From IMG/VR virus record IMGVR_UViG_3300033076_000083, positions 1-38,496 of that record: a stretch of DNA of 38,496 nt. One strand, given 5' to 3'. The position numbers and the translations under genes are program-made. Of the stretch, positions 6,312 to 15,452 are shown in pieces; position 1 is the stretch's first letter, and the number at the start of each line of letters is the position of its first letter. This DNA comes from a virus (taxonomy: Duplodnaviria > Caudoviricetes). Below the pieces are notes generated by a model. That model had not been told where the DNA came from, searched no databases, and saw nothing but the letters and a program-made list of their open reading frames with translations.

Positions 6312-6935
6312 GTGCTTGAACATTTGGTGCAATACCAGCCGGAGGTAGAACCTCTCGGTGACTTCGTAGAATTGGACGACGCGTCGGCCAGTGAAATCCT
6401 GTCCGCACAACACGCTGCGGCAGACTGGTTGGACGAGCTGGGTGCACCGCCCGCCGACGAAGTCACAAAGCAAGCACAGACACAAGCGGCCCGCAAAGCT
6501 TTCGGAACGCTTACAACCTCCGTAGACACCTCCGCGCAGAAAGCGGACCTCATTCAGCTCAAGACCCCCGAGGCCGTGCGCCACATCACCGGTATGCTGA
6601 CCGCGTATGACTGGGAATTTGTACAGCAGGCCAAGGAGCTTCGCGGGTACACGGTGGCCAAGCTGGTGGAGGAGACACAAAACCCCAACGCCAACATCCG
6701 GCTCAAAGCTTTGGGCTTACTGGGCAAGGTCACCGAGGTCGGGCTGTTCACCGACAAGGTCGAGATCAAGAAAACGGACCTGACCGAAGCCGAGATCGAC
6801 GCCAAGCTCAAGGAGAAGCTGGCCAAGTTCATGGATGTGAGCGACGCCGAGGTCATTGACGTCGAAGACGTGTCGAAAAAAGACGAAAACCCAGATGCAC
6901 ACGACATCGACCCAGAAAATCCTGACGCCGAGTGA
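6312..6935 (+). CDS. Putative terminase small subunit
   Basis: GTG start after AGGAG RBS and downstream of the promoter. 207 aa, directly upstream of and overlapping TerL, C-terminal IRLKALGLLGK...GLFTDKVEI motif. Confidence 0.6.
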   Translation: MLEHLVQYQPEVEPLGDFVELDDASASEILSAQHAAADWLDELGAPPADEVTKQAQTQAARKAFGTLTTSVDTSAQKADLIQLKTPEAVRHITGMLTAYDWEFVQQAKELRGYTVAKLVEETQNPNANIRLKALGLLGKVTEVGLFTDKVEIKKTDLTEAEIDAKLKEKLAKFMDVSDAEVIDVEDVSKKDENPDAHDIDPENPDAE

Positions 6936-8442
6936 GGCCGCAGCCCTTGCTGCCAACCTGAGTCGGCTCTCCCTTGAGGAGAAGCTGGAGGCTTTGGAGC
7001 TGATCGAGAAGTCGCAGGAGCACAAAGCCCGCAACATGGCGCGAACCGACATGATTGAGTTCGCCAAGTACGTCTACCCCGGGTTCAAAGTGGGGCCACA
7101 CCACAGGAAGCTGGCCAAGATATTCACGGACGTGATCGAGGGACGCAAGAAACGCGTCATCATCAACATCGCGCCACGTATGGGTAAGTCCGAGTTCAGC
7201 TCATACCTGTTTCCGGCGTTCTTTCTTGGGGAATACCCTGAGAAAAAGATCATCATGGGCACCCACACCGCCGGGTTGTCGGAGGATTTCGGGCGGCGCG
7301 TACGTAATTTGATTGACAGTGATGAGTACAAAGAACTTTTCCCCGGCACGTTGGTGGCCGACGACCAGAAAGCTGCTGGTAAATGGTCTACGAGTCTTGG
7401 CGGCCAGTATTACGCTGCTGGTGTTGGCGGCGCTCTCGCCGGTCGCGGTGCTGATTTGTTCGTTATTGATGATCCTCACAGCGAGCAGGACGTCAAAATA
7501 AACTCGAGGTTGGCGTTTGACACGGCGTGGAGCTGGTTCCAGACCGGTCCGTTGCAGCGTCTGATGCCCGGGGGCGCGATCATCCTCATCATGACGAGGT
7601 GGTCAAAGCTGGACCTGACCGGGCGCTTGATCGACTACCAGACAAAGAACGACATCCCAGAGGACGACAAGTGGGAGGTGGTCGAGCTGCCCGCCATCCT
7701 CAACGAAGACACAGACAAAGAGAAGTCGCTCTGGCCGGAGCAGTGGCCGCTCGAGTCCCTGAAGGCCAAGAAGCAAGCGATGGACCCTCAGTACTGGAAC
7801 GCCCAGTACATGCAGAACCCCGTCTCGAACAACGCAGCGATCGTGAGCCGGTCCTCTTGGCGCATCTGGCCAAGCAATGAGCCTCCGCAGTGCGAGTACA
7901 TCATCCAGTCGTGGGACACGGCGTTTGAAGCAAAGACGAGCGCCGACTACTCTGCGTGCACAACGTGGGGCGTGTTCTACAACGAGGAAGAAAAGAATGC
8001 GCCGCAGATCATCTTGCTCGATGCGTTCAAGGACAGGATGGCGTTCCCGGAGCTAAAGGCGGTGGCGTTGAAGCACTACAAAGAGTGGGAACCGGATGCG
8101 TTCATCGTTGAGAAGAAGGCGGCGGGTGCACCGCTGATCCAAGAGCTGCGGGCGATGGGTATCTTTGTGGAAGAGACCAACCCTAGTCGCGGCAACGACA
8201 AGGTAGTAAGATTGAACGCAGTCTCCGACCTGTTCGCCTCCGGCGTGGTCTGGGCACCCGATACGCGATGGGCACGCGAAGTGATCGAAGAAGTGGCGTC
8301 TTTTCCCAACGGCGAGAACGACGACTACGTGGACACGACCTCCCAAGCCCTGATGCGCTTTCGCAAAGGCGGCTTCATTTCGTTGGACTCCGACGAGAAA
8401 GACGATCCGATTTACTTCAAGCGCCGAGCGGCGTATTACTGA
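6856..8442 (+). CDS. terL: Terminase large subunit (start may be 6895)
   Basis: Walker A-like APRMGKS, Walker B LFVIDDP, motif III MTRW, and RNase H-like nuclease motifs QSWDTA/DYSA/NDDYVD. Confidence 0.95.
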   Translation: MTSKTCRKKTKTQMHTTSTQKILTPSEAAALAANLSRLSLEEKLEALELIEKSQEHKARNMARTDMIEFAKYVYPGFKVGPHHRKLAKIFTDVIEGRKKRVIINIAPRMGKSEFSSYLFPAFFLGEYPEKKIIMGTHTAGLSEDFGRRVRNLIDSDEYKELFPGTLVADDQKAAGKWSTSLGGQYYAAGVGGALAGRGADLFVIDDPHSEQDVKINSRLAFDTAWSWFQTGPLQRLMPGGAIILIMTRWSKLDLTGRLIDYQTKNDIPEDDKWEVVELPAILNEDTDKEKSLWPEQWPLESLKAKKQAMDPQYWNAQYMQNPVSNNAAIVSRSSWRIWPSNEPPQCEYIIQSWDTAFEAKTSADYSACTTWGVFYNEEEKNAPQIILLDAFKDRMAFPELKAVALKHYKEWEPDAFIVEKKAAGAPLIQELRAMGIFVEETNPSRGNDKVVRLNAVSDLFASGVVWAPDTRWAREVIEEVASFPNGENDDYVDTTSQALMRFRKGGFISLDSDEKDDPIYFKRRAAYY

Positions 8443-8451
8443 GGAAACTAA

Positions 8452-10896
8452 ATGGCCACGAACATCGACAAGGCGCTGTACCAAACCCCCAAAAGTCTAG
8501 AAGAAACCGCGCTAGACGAGGAGCCGATCGAGATTGAGATCGTCGATCCCGAAGAAGTCAACATCAAGGCAGGTGATTTGCAGATCAGTATCGAGCAAGG
8601 GGAACCAAGCATCGACGACTTTGATTGCAACTTGGCCGAGTTCCTTGACGAAAGCGAGATGCAGAGCATCGCTGCGGAGCTGGAGTCCAACATCAAGGAC
8701 GACTTGGCTGCACGCAAGGATTGGGAGAAATCGTACAAAGAAGGCCTGAAGCTGTTGGGCCTCCAGTATGAGGAGCGCACGGAGCCGTGGAACGGCGCGT
8801 GTGGCGTGTTCCACCCGATGATTACTGAAGCCGTGGTGCGGTTCCAGTCAGAGGCCATCACAGAAACATTCCCGGCCCAAGGCCCGGTGCGCACCAAGAT
8901 CATTGGTAAGCAAACGCCCGAGAAGCAAGCAGCCGCTGTGCGCGTCGAGAATGACTTGAACTACGAGCTGACCGAGGTGATGAAAGAGTTCCGCCCGGAG
9001 CACGAGCGCATGTTGTGGTCGCTGCCTGCGACTGGCTCTGCGTTCAAGAAGGTGTATTACGACCCGAGCCTTGGCCGTCAAGTCTCGATGTTCATCCCTG
9101 CCGAGGACATGATCCTGCCCTACGGCGCGACAGAGTTGGACACTTGCTACCGCGTCACGCATGTGATGCGCAAGACCGAGAACGACATCAAGAAGCTGCA
9201 AGTGGCGGGCTTTTACCGCGACGTGGAGATGGGTGAGCCCTCCAACGAGCCGACCGACATTCAGAAAGCCAAGGACAAAGAGACAGGCTTCAGCGACATC
9301 GACGATGAACGCTTCACGCTGTACGAGAGCCATGTGGACTTGGTGATCGACGGCGACCCTTGCTGCGACAAGGACGACGAGGGCGAGCCAGTTGGCGTGG
9401 CGTTGCCGTACGTGGTCACGTTGGTCAAGGGCACAAACACAATCGTGGCCATCCGCCGCAACTGGAAAGAAGACGATGAACTCCGACTCAAGCGACAACA
9501 CTTCGTCCACTACCAATACATCCCCGGCTTTGGAGCCTACGGCTTTGGCCTCTTCCACCTCATCGGAGGCTTCGCCAAGTCAGCAACTTCCCTCATGCGT
9601 CAACTTGTCGATGCAGGAACGTTGTCGAACCTCCCGGGAGGCCTCAAATCTCGTGGACTTCGCATTAAGGGTGATGACACACCGATCGCCCCCGGGGAAT
9701 GGCGTGATGTAGACGTTGGCTCTGGCGCAATCAAAGACGCCATCTTGCCGCTGCCGTACAAAGAACCTTCGACGGTTCTGTACAACTTGCTGGGCACCAT
9801 CGTGGAGGAAGGCCGTCGCTTCGCCGCGACTGCTGACATGAAGGTCTCGGACATGTCCGCGCAGGCACCGGTGGGCACAACGCTTGCGTTGCTCGAGCGC
9901 CAGCTAAAAGTCATGTCGGCTGTGCAGGCCCGCATGCACTACACCTTGAAGCAAGAACTGAACTTGCTGACCGACATCATCAAGGACTACACCGACGCTG
10001 ACTACGACTACGATCCAGACAGCGACGCACCGCGCAAAGCTAAGAAGTCTGACTACGCACACTTGGACATCATCCCCGTGTCGGACCCCAATGCGGCCAC
10101 CATGTCTCAGCGCGTGGTGCAGTATCAGGCTGTGATCCAGATGGCACAGATGGCTCCGGACATCTACGACTTGCCCAAGCTGCACCGTGGCATGTTGGAG
10201 GTCTTGGGCATCAAGAACGCGGACAAGCTTGTGCCCTTGCCGGAAGACCAGAAACCACGCGATCCAGTGGCCGAGAACATGTGTGTGCTCAAGGGAGAGC
10301 CACTCAAAGCGTTCTTCTACCAAGACCACGACGCACACATCGCCGTCCACATGTCGATGCTCCAAGACCCGATGATTGCCCAAGTCATCGGCCAGAACCC
10401 CCGCGCACCACAGATTCAGGCGGCGCTCACAGCACACATCTCTGAGCACGTCGGCTACGCATACCGTCAGAAGATCGAGCAGCAGTTGGGCATGCCTCTG
10501 CCTCCCGAAGACGAGAAGTTGCCGCCCGAGATCGAGACCGCGCTCTCCGGCATGATGGCCCAAGCTGCACAGCAGGTGCTGATGCAGAACCAAGCCCAAG
10601 CCGCACAGATGCAGGCTCAACAGCAAGCCCAAGACCCGGTCATTCAGTTGCAACAGCAGGAACTCCAGCTCAAAGCAAAAGAAGTGGCCATCAAGGAAGG
10701 CAAGTTGCAGCTCGACGCGGTCAAGGTGCATGGCGACCAACAGATCGCCACCATGAAGATGGGCGCACAGATCAAAGACAGTCAAGCGAAGCAAAACGCA
10801 GAGGATCAACGCGAAGGCATGCGCCTTGGCATTGAGATCGCCAAACACAAGGCGGACCAGATGAACCAACTTAGAAAGGGCAAACCTAACCAATGA
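8452..10896 (+). CDS. Portal protein (P22-like)
   Basis: 814 aa, follows terL, with a long Gln-rich coiled-coil C-terminus typical of the barrel of P22-type portals. Confidence 0.88.
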   Translation: MATNIDKALYQTPKSLEETALDEEPIEIEIVDPEEVNIKAGDLQISIEQGEPSIDDFDCNLAEFLDESEMQSIAAELESNIKDDLAARKDWEKSYKEGLKLLGLQYEERTEPWNGACGVFHPMITEAVVRFQSEAITETFPAQGPVRTKIIGKQTPEKQAAAVRVENDLNYELTEVMKEFRPEHERMLWSLPATGSAFKKVYYDPSLGRQVSMFIPAEDMILPYGATELDTCYRVTHVMRKTENDIKKLQVAGFYRDVEMGEPSNEPTDIQKAKDKETGFSDIDDERFTLYESHVDLVIDGDPCCDKDDEGEPVGVALPYVVTLVKGTNTIVAIRRNWKEDDELRLKRQHFVHYQYIPGFGAYGFGLFHLIGGFAKSATSLMRQLVDAGTLSNLPGGLKSRGLRIKGDDTPIAPGEWRDVDVGSGAIKDAILPLPYKEPSTVLYNLLGTIVEEGRRFAATADMKVSDMSAQAPVGTTLALLERQLKVMSAVQARMHYTLKQELNLLTDIIKDYTDADYDYDPDSDAPRKAKKSDYAHLDIIPVSDPNAATMSQRVVQYQAVIQMAQMAPDIYDLPKLHRGMLEVLGIKNADKLVPLPEDQKPRDPVAENMCVLKGEPLKAFFYQDHDAHIAVHMSMLQDPMIAQVIGQNPRAPQIQAALTAHISEHVGYAYRQKIEQQLGMPLPPEDEKLPPEIETALSGMMAQAAQQVLMQNQAQAAQMQAQQQAQDPVIQLQQQELQLKAKEVAIKEGKLQLDAVKVHGDQQIATMKMGAQIKDSQAKQNAEDQREGMRLGIEIAKHKADQMNQLRKGKPNQ

Positions 10897-11090
10897 TCCA
10901 AGACTTCGCACGCGTATTGCGCGAACACATACGCAAAGACATGAACAACTACGCCGACGATCTCGCCGGTGGTAGCTGCCAAAACTTCGACCAGTATCAA
11001 AAACTCTGTGGTGTCATTCAAGGTCTAGCCATTGCAGAGCGTTACATCATCGACCTTGCAGAAAAAGTGGAGAAAGCCAACGATGAGTGA
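10893..11090 (+). CDS. Conserved small phage protein downstream of portal
   Basis: 65 aa, ATGA overlap, FDQYQKLCGVIQGL motif. Confidence 0.8.
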   Translation: MIQDFARVLREHIRKDMNNYADDLAGGSCQNFDQYQKLCGVIQGLAIAERYIIDLAEKVEKANDE

Positions 11091-11517
11091 AATCATCCTG
11101 CCCCCGGGCATCGCATTGCCCAAGCAAATCCAACCCGTAGAGGCTCCTCAAGCCGACGCGGATAACGACACCAAAGCGACTGCGCTACCGACCCCGGTTG
11201 GTCACAAGTTGCTCTGCATCGTGCCTGAAGTCTCTGACAAGATTGACGGTACGGACCTCGACCTCGTACGAGATATGGCTTCCATGCGCCAAGAAGAACA
11301 CGCCACAACCGTGTTGTTCGTGCTGCGTGCTGGGCCGTCCGCCTACAAAGACGCTGAACGCTTTCCTACCGGCCCTTGGTGCAAGGAAGGTGACTTTGTG
11401 CTTGTGCGCACCTACACAGGGACGCGCTTCAAGATATTTGGCAAGGAGTTCCGCATCATCAACGATGACCAAGTGGAATGTGTTGTGCAAGACCCGCGTG
11501 GATTGACACGCGCTTAA
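11083..11517 (+). CDS. GroES/Cpn10-like co-chaperonin
   Basis: 144 aa from ATG 11083. P.GHKLL...VLRAGP...CKEGDFVL...GTRFKIFGKEFRIINDDQV mirrors the GroES pattern VKVGD.V....G.E...G.EY.I. Confidence 0.8.
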   Translation: MSEIILPPGIALPKQIQPVEAPQADADNDTKATALPTPVGHKLLCIVPEVSDKIDGTDLDLVRDMASMRQEEHATTVLFVLRAGPSAYKDAERFPTGPWCKEGDFVLVRTYTGTRFKIFGKEFRIINDDQVECVVQDPRGLTRA

Positions 11518-11526
11518 GGAGTAACG

Positions 11527-12474
11527 ATGGACCCTAAAGACGAGTTCAAGTTTCCAGACGAACTGGAAGACGAGAAGAAAGTCGAGATCAAGACCGATGC
11601 CGATGAGGTAGAGATCGAGATCGTTGACGACACCCCTGAAAAGGACCGAGGCCGCAAGCCGTTGGAGCGTGAGGTTGAAGACCCCACCGATGACGAGATT
11701 GAGACCTACTCCGACAAAGTTCAGGCCCGCATCAAAGAGTTGACGCATGCCCGCCACGATGAACGTCGTGCCAAGGAAGCGGTGGCTCGTGAGAAGCAGG
11801 AGCTTGAGCGTCTTGCACAGCAGCTTTTGGAAGAGAACAAGAAGCTGAAGACAACCGTCCACAATGGCTCGCAGCAGTTCGCGTCTATGGCGCAGACAGC
11901 AGCGGAGGCCAAGCTGGAGAAAGCTCGCCGTGATTACAAAGCGGCGCAAGAGTCCTACGATGCCGATGCAATCCTCGCAGCGCAAGAAGCGTTGTTCGAG
12001 GCAAAGCTGGAAGCTGACCAAGCGAAAAAATTTACGCCTCCCCCTTTACAGGAGGAAAAATTTGAGGTACAAACGCGTCAAGTCGAACCCGCCCCGGTTC
12101 GCCCGGACGAAAAAACCTTGCGCTGGCAAGCCAAAAACCAGTGGTTCGGAGCCGATGGGTTTGAAGAAGTTACCAGCTTTGCACTAGGGCTGCATCAGAA
12201 ACTAGTGTCGTCGGGTGTGGACCCCCGCACTGACGAATACTTCGAGCAGATTGACGCTCGCGTGAAGTCTAAGTTTCCCGAAGTTTTCGGTGAGACCCAA
12301 GACAAGCCAAGGAACGGCGAGGCTCCAAGAAAGCCTGCGGCGGTAGCGGCTCCAGCGACACGTTCGTCTGGACCACGAAAAGTCCAGTTGACTCAAACCC
12401 AGCTTGCGCTGGCAAAGAAATTCAACCTGACCCCGCAGCAGTATGCTGCACAAGTAGCTAAATTGGAGAATTGA
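11527..12474 (+). CDS. Putative capsid scaffolding protein
   Basis: Acidic N-terminus, central coiled coil, C-terminal LTQTQLALAKKFNLTPQQYA helix, located between portal and capsid. Confidence 0.7.
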   Translation: MDPKDEFKFPDELEDEKKVEIKTDADEVEIEIVDDTPEKDRGRKPLEREVEDPTDDEIETYSDKVQARIKELTHARHDERRAKEAVAREKQELERLAQQLLEENKKLKTTVHNGSQQFASMAQTAAEAKLEKARRDYKAAQESYDADAILAAQEALFEAKLEADQAKKFTPPPLQEEKFEVQTRQVEPAPVRPDEKTLRWQAKNQWFGADGFEEVTSFALGLHQKLVSSGVDPRTDEYFEQIDARVKSKFPEVFGETQDKPRNGEAPRKPAAVAAPATRSSGPRKVQLTQTQLALAKKFNLTPQQYAAQVAKLEN

Positions 12475-12475
12475 A

Positions 12476-12928
12476 ATGGCTGAAAACCGTACCCCTCGTG
12501 AATTGAGTTCACGCGAAAAGTCTGCTCGTGCTGTCTATGTACCGCCGAGTGCGTTGCCTGATCCGACACCTGAACCGGGATATGTCTACCGCTGGGTAGC
12601 CACACATATCATGGGACAGGCCGAACCTACAAACGTCTCTAAAAAGATGCGCGAAGGTTGGGAGCCGGTGAAAGCAACCGACCATCCAGAGCTTATGCTG
12701 TTGGGTAATGCCGCCACAGGCAACGTCGAGATCGGTGGGCTGATGCTTTGCAAAATGCCTAAAGAACTTGCCGAAGCGCGTGACGAGTACTACGCCAAAC
12801 AAGCACAAGCCCAGATGGATTCCGTAGACAACCACTTCATGCGTAACAGCGACCCTCGTATGCCCTTGTTTAAGGACAACAAGTCGTCAACGACTCGCGG
12901 CGGTGGTTTTGGTTCTGGTTCAAAGTAA
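12476..12928 (+). CDS. Conserved head-module hypothetical protein
   Basis: 150 aa, YRWV...REGWEPV...GGLMLCK motif, GGAG RBS. Confidence 0.75.
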   Translation: MAENRTPRELSSREKSARAVYVPPSALPDPTPEPGYVYRWVATHIMGQAEPTNVSKKMREGWEPVKATDHPELMLLGNAATGNVEIGGLMLCKMPKELAEARDEYYAKQAQAQMDSVDNHFMRNSDPRMPLFKDNKSSTTRGGGFGSGSK

Positions 12929-12943
12929 CTTTTGGAGCTTTAA

Positions 12944-13540
12944 ATGGCATATCCTACCGTTTCAGCCCCGTACGGCCTAAAGCCTGTCAATCGCATTGAC
13001 GGCATGCCTTACGCTGGTGCTTTCCGCCAGATTCCCGTTGCTGCTGGTTTCGCAACTGCCATCTTTGATGGCGACACAGTTGTGATCGACAGCACTGGTT
13101 ATCTGGTCAAATCCACCACTACAAACAGTGGTGACATCGTCGGCGTTTGCGTCGGTGGTCAGTATGTGAACTCGAACGGCCAAACCGTTCAGGGTCAGTA
13201 CATCCCCGCGTTGGCTTCGACTTCGACCAACTTGGCTTACGCCTATGTGATCGACGATCCAATGGCTTTGTTCAAAGTGGCTGTCGTGACTAGCGGCACT
13301 ACTATGGGCACTGCTGGTCGTACCGTTGTTGGCTCTAACGTTCCGTTGGTTCTCAATGCCGGTAGCACTACAACTGGTGACTCGGCTTTTGCTGTGACCC
13401 TGACTGGTGCTGGCACTACTGCGACAATCCCCTTGCGTGTGATTGACGTGGTTCCTGAGACCGCTACCGCTGCCGACACTTACACCGAGTTGTTGGTCAA
13501 GATCAACACCCATCAGTACAACGACACTACTGGTGTTTAA
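12944..13540 (+). CDS. Putative capsid decoration/cement protein
   Basis: 198 aa, beta-rich, APYGLKPV N-terminal motif, immediately upstream of the major capsid gene. Confidence 0.6.
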   Translation: MAYPTVSAPYGLKPVNRIDGMPYAGAFRQIPVAAGFATAIFDGDTVVIDSTGYLVKSTTTNSGDIVGVCVGGQYVNSNGQTVQGQYIPALASTSTNLAYAYVIDDPMALFKVAVVTSGTTMGTAGRTVVGSNVPLVLNAGSTTTGDSAFAVTLTGAGTTATIPLRVIDVVPETATAADTYTELLVKINTHQYNDTTGV

Positions 13541-13550
13541 GGAGTAAGAC

Positions 13551-14480
13551 ATGGCTATTTCACGCGCCCAACTGCTCAAAGAACTGCTCCCCGGCTTGAA
13601 CGCTTTGTTCGGCATGGAGTACGCTCGCTACGGCGAAGAGCACAAGGAACTCTACGAAACAGAGAAATCTGAGCGTAGTTTTGAAGAAGAAACCAAGCTG
13701 GCTGGCTTCAGCGCCGCACCGGTCAAGAACGAAGGTTCTGCGATCCAGTACGACAACGCGCAAGAAGCGTTCACCGCCCGCTACACCCACGAGACCATCG
13801 CTTTGGGCTTCTCGATCACCGAGGAAGCAATCGAAGACAACTTGTACGACAGCCTGTCTGCTCGCTACACCAAGTCTTTGGCCCGCGCTATGGCCTACAC
13901 CAAGCAAGTGAAAGCTGCTTCCGTTATCAACAACGGTTTCAGCCAGAGCTACCTTGGTGGTGACGGCGTGTCGCTGTTCGGTGTCAACAGCTCTGGTACT
14001 CGTGTTGGTCACCCCTTGGTGTCTGGCGGCGTTAACTACAACAGCCCCACCACCGCAGTTGACCTGAACGAAACCTCGTTGGAAAACGCAGTGATTCAGA
14101 TTGCTGGTTGGACCGACGAACGTGGTCTGTTGATCGCTGCCAAGCCTCGCAAGCTGGTTGTTCCCCCGAGCCTGATGTTCGTTGCCAAGCGTTTGCTTGA
14201 CACTGAGCTGCGTGTCTCGACTGCTGATAACGACATCAACGCTATCAAGCAGATGGGTGCAATCCCTGAAGGCTACACCGTCAACCACTTCTTGACCGAC
14301 ACAAACGCTTGGTTCTTGTTGACCGACGTTCCCAACGGTTTGAAGCACTTCGAGCGTATGCCTTTGGCTAACTCGATGGACGGCGACTTCGATACAGGCA
14401 ACGTGCGTTACAAGGCCCGCGAGCGTTATTCGTTCGGCTGGTCTGACCCACTGGGTGTCTGGGGTTCCGCTGGAGCCTAA
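13551..14480 (+). CDS. Major capsid protein (Mu gpT-like, HK97 fold)
   Basis: 309 aa MAISRAQLLKELLPGLN...PRKLVVPP...DFDTGNVRYKARERYSFGWSD, strong RBS, followed by a terminator. Confidence 0.88.
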   Translation: MAISRAQLLKELLPGLNALFGMEYARYGEEHKELYETEKSERSFEEETKLAGFSAAPVKNEGSAIQYDNAQEAFTARYTHETIALGFSITEEAIEDNLYDSLSARYTKSLARAMAYTKQVKAASVINNGFSQSYLGGDGVSLFGVNSSGTRVGHPLVSGGVNYNSPTTAVDLNETSLENAVIQIAGWTDERGLLIAAKPRKLVVPPSLMFVAKRLLDTELRVSTADNDINAIKQMGAIPEGYTVNHFLTDTNAWFLLTDVPNGLKHFERMPLANSMDGDFDTGNVRYKARERYSFGWSDPLGVWGSAGA

Positions 14481-14485
14481 ACGAC

Positions 14486-14513
14486 AAAGGGGAGCCTTGT
14501 GCTCCCCTTTTTT
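14486..14513 (+). terminator. Intrinsic terminator after the major capsid gene
   Basis: AAAGGGGAGC-CTTGT-GCTCCCCTTT-TTT. Confidence 0.9.
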
Positions 14514-14535
14514 CTGCGGTATATTCGCAGCTAAT

Positions 14536-14607
14536 CCGGGCTTCCCGGTGTATCTGACAGTCCCGGCTGACGACATGCAGACAGATACACTTAACTCGCA
14601 TGTGAGG
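14536..14607 (+). ncRNA. Candidate structured cis-regulatory RNA (chained pseudoknots)
   Basis: Three interleaved helices ending immediately 5' of the RBS of the gene at 14613. Confidence 0.45.
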
Positions 14608-14612
14608 AAAAC

Positions 14613-15152
14613 ATGGCACGCACTACCTTCCAAGGCCCAGTTCGCTCTTTGGGCGGCGTTTATCAACAAGGCCCAGCCTCTGTTGTCGCAATCACTTCCA
14701 GCACCACGCTGAACCCCGTTGACCACGGCGGTCGTATCATTTCCGTTGGCGGCACTTTGGCCGCAGACGTGACTTTGACACTGCCTGCAATCGACGTGTC
14801 TACAAACCCTGTGACCTCTGGCCCCGGCCAAGACCCCAGCACCACCAACAACCAAGGTGTTGTGTACACAATTTGGGTTCCTACCACCATCGCTACCAGC
14901 TCGTTGAAGATCGGTACAAACGGCACTGACAAGTATGTCGGTTCCGTGATCTCGGTTGACACCGACACTTCTGGCGCTGTGGTTGGCTTTACAGCCGCTT
15001 CGACCAACGACTTCATCAACTTGAACGGCGGCACCACCGGTGGCGTGGCAGGTACATGGATTCAAATCGTTGCTGTCGCTGCCAATAAGTACATGGTGAC
15101 TGGCGTTGTAAACGGTACTGGTACTGTCGCTACACCTTTCGCTGACTCCTAA
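14613..15152 (+). CDS. Putative virion structural protein
   Basis: 179 aa, Thr/Gly/Val-rich beta composition, MARTTFQGPVRS N-terminus, located after the capsid gene. Confidence 0.65.
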   Translation: MARTTFQGPVRSLGGVYQQGPASVVAITSSTTLNPVDHGGRIISVGGTLAADVTLTLPAIDVSTNPVTSGPGQDPSTTNNQGVVYTIWVPTTIATSSLKIGTNGTDKYVGSVISVDTDTSGAVVGFTAASTNDFINLNGGTTGGVAGTWIQIVAVAANKYMVTGVVNGTGTVATPFADS

Positions 15153-15173
15153 TCCAACCGGGAGTAAAGCTCC

Positions 15174-15452
15174 ATGATGCAAACCGACATTAAAAGTGCC
15201 ACCGCTACGGCGGATGGCACGATGGTCGATCAGCCAACACGTATCAAGGGCATTTTGCTCACGACCACGTCTTCTGCTGGTTCCGTCGTTTTAAAAGACG
15301 GCGGTGCCAGTGGTACGACACGTCTGACGCTTAACACCCCTGCTGCGGCTGAAATGTTCAACGCGCTGCTTCCTGCCGAGGGCATCCGCTTCTACACCGA
15401 CGTGTATGTGGATGTAACCAACGTGGCTTCAGTGACGGTGTTCTATGGCTGA
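15174..15452 (+). CDS. Small beta-rich hypothetical protein (likely structural)
   Basis: 92 aa ending GIRFYTDVYV...VTVFYG, GGAG RBS. Confidence 0.7.
   Translation: MMQTDIKSATATADGTMVDQPTRIKGILLTTTSSAGSVVLKDGGASGTTRLTLNTPAAAEMFNALLPAEGIRFYTDVYVDVTNVASVTVFYG

Noticed and set aside
6226-6348. Plus-strand 40-aa ORF with strong RBS (GAGGAGATAGCAAATG)
   Set aside because: It starts upstream of the plus-strand promoter and runs across it. The RBS-like text is better explained as the template of the antisense seed. Not fully excluded.
9848-9859. CGGACATGTCCG in the portal gene as a seventh palindrome copy
   Set aside because: It lacks the 3-bp spacer and AACT flank, so it is probably coincidental.
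14567-14610. Hammerhead ribozyme (CTGACGA...GAAA)
   Set aside because: GAAA does not directly follow the stem II candidate, and no stem III with a UH cleavage site can be built.
13560-15182. Long antisense ORFs (13560-15182, 33927-35612, 9904-10911, 29556-30488 and others)
   Set aside because: Shadow ORFs of codon-biased plus-strand genes, with no RBS or recognisable motifs.
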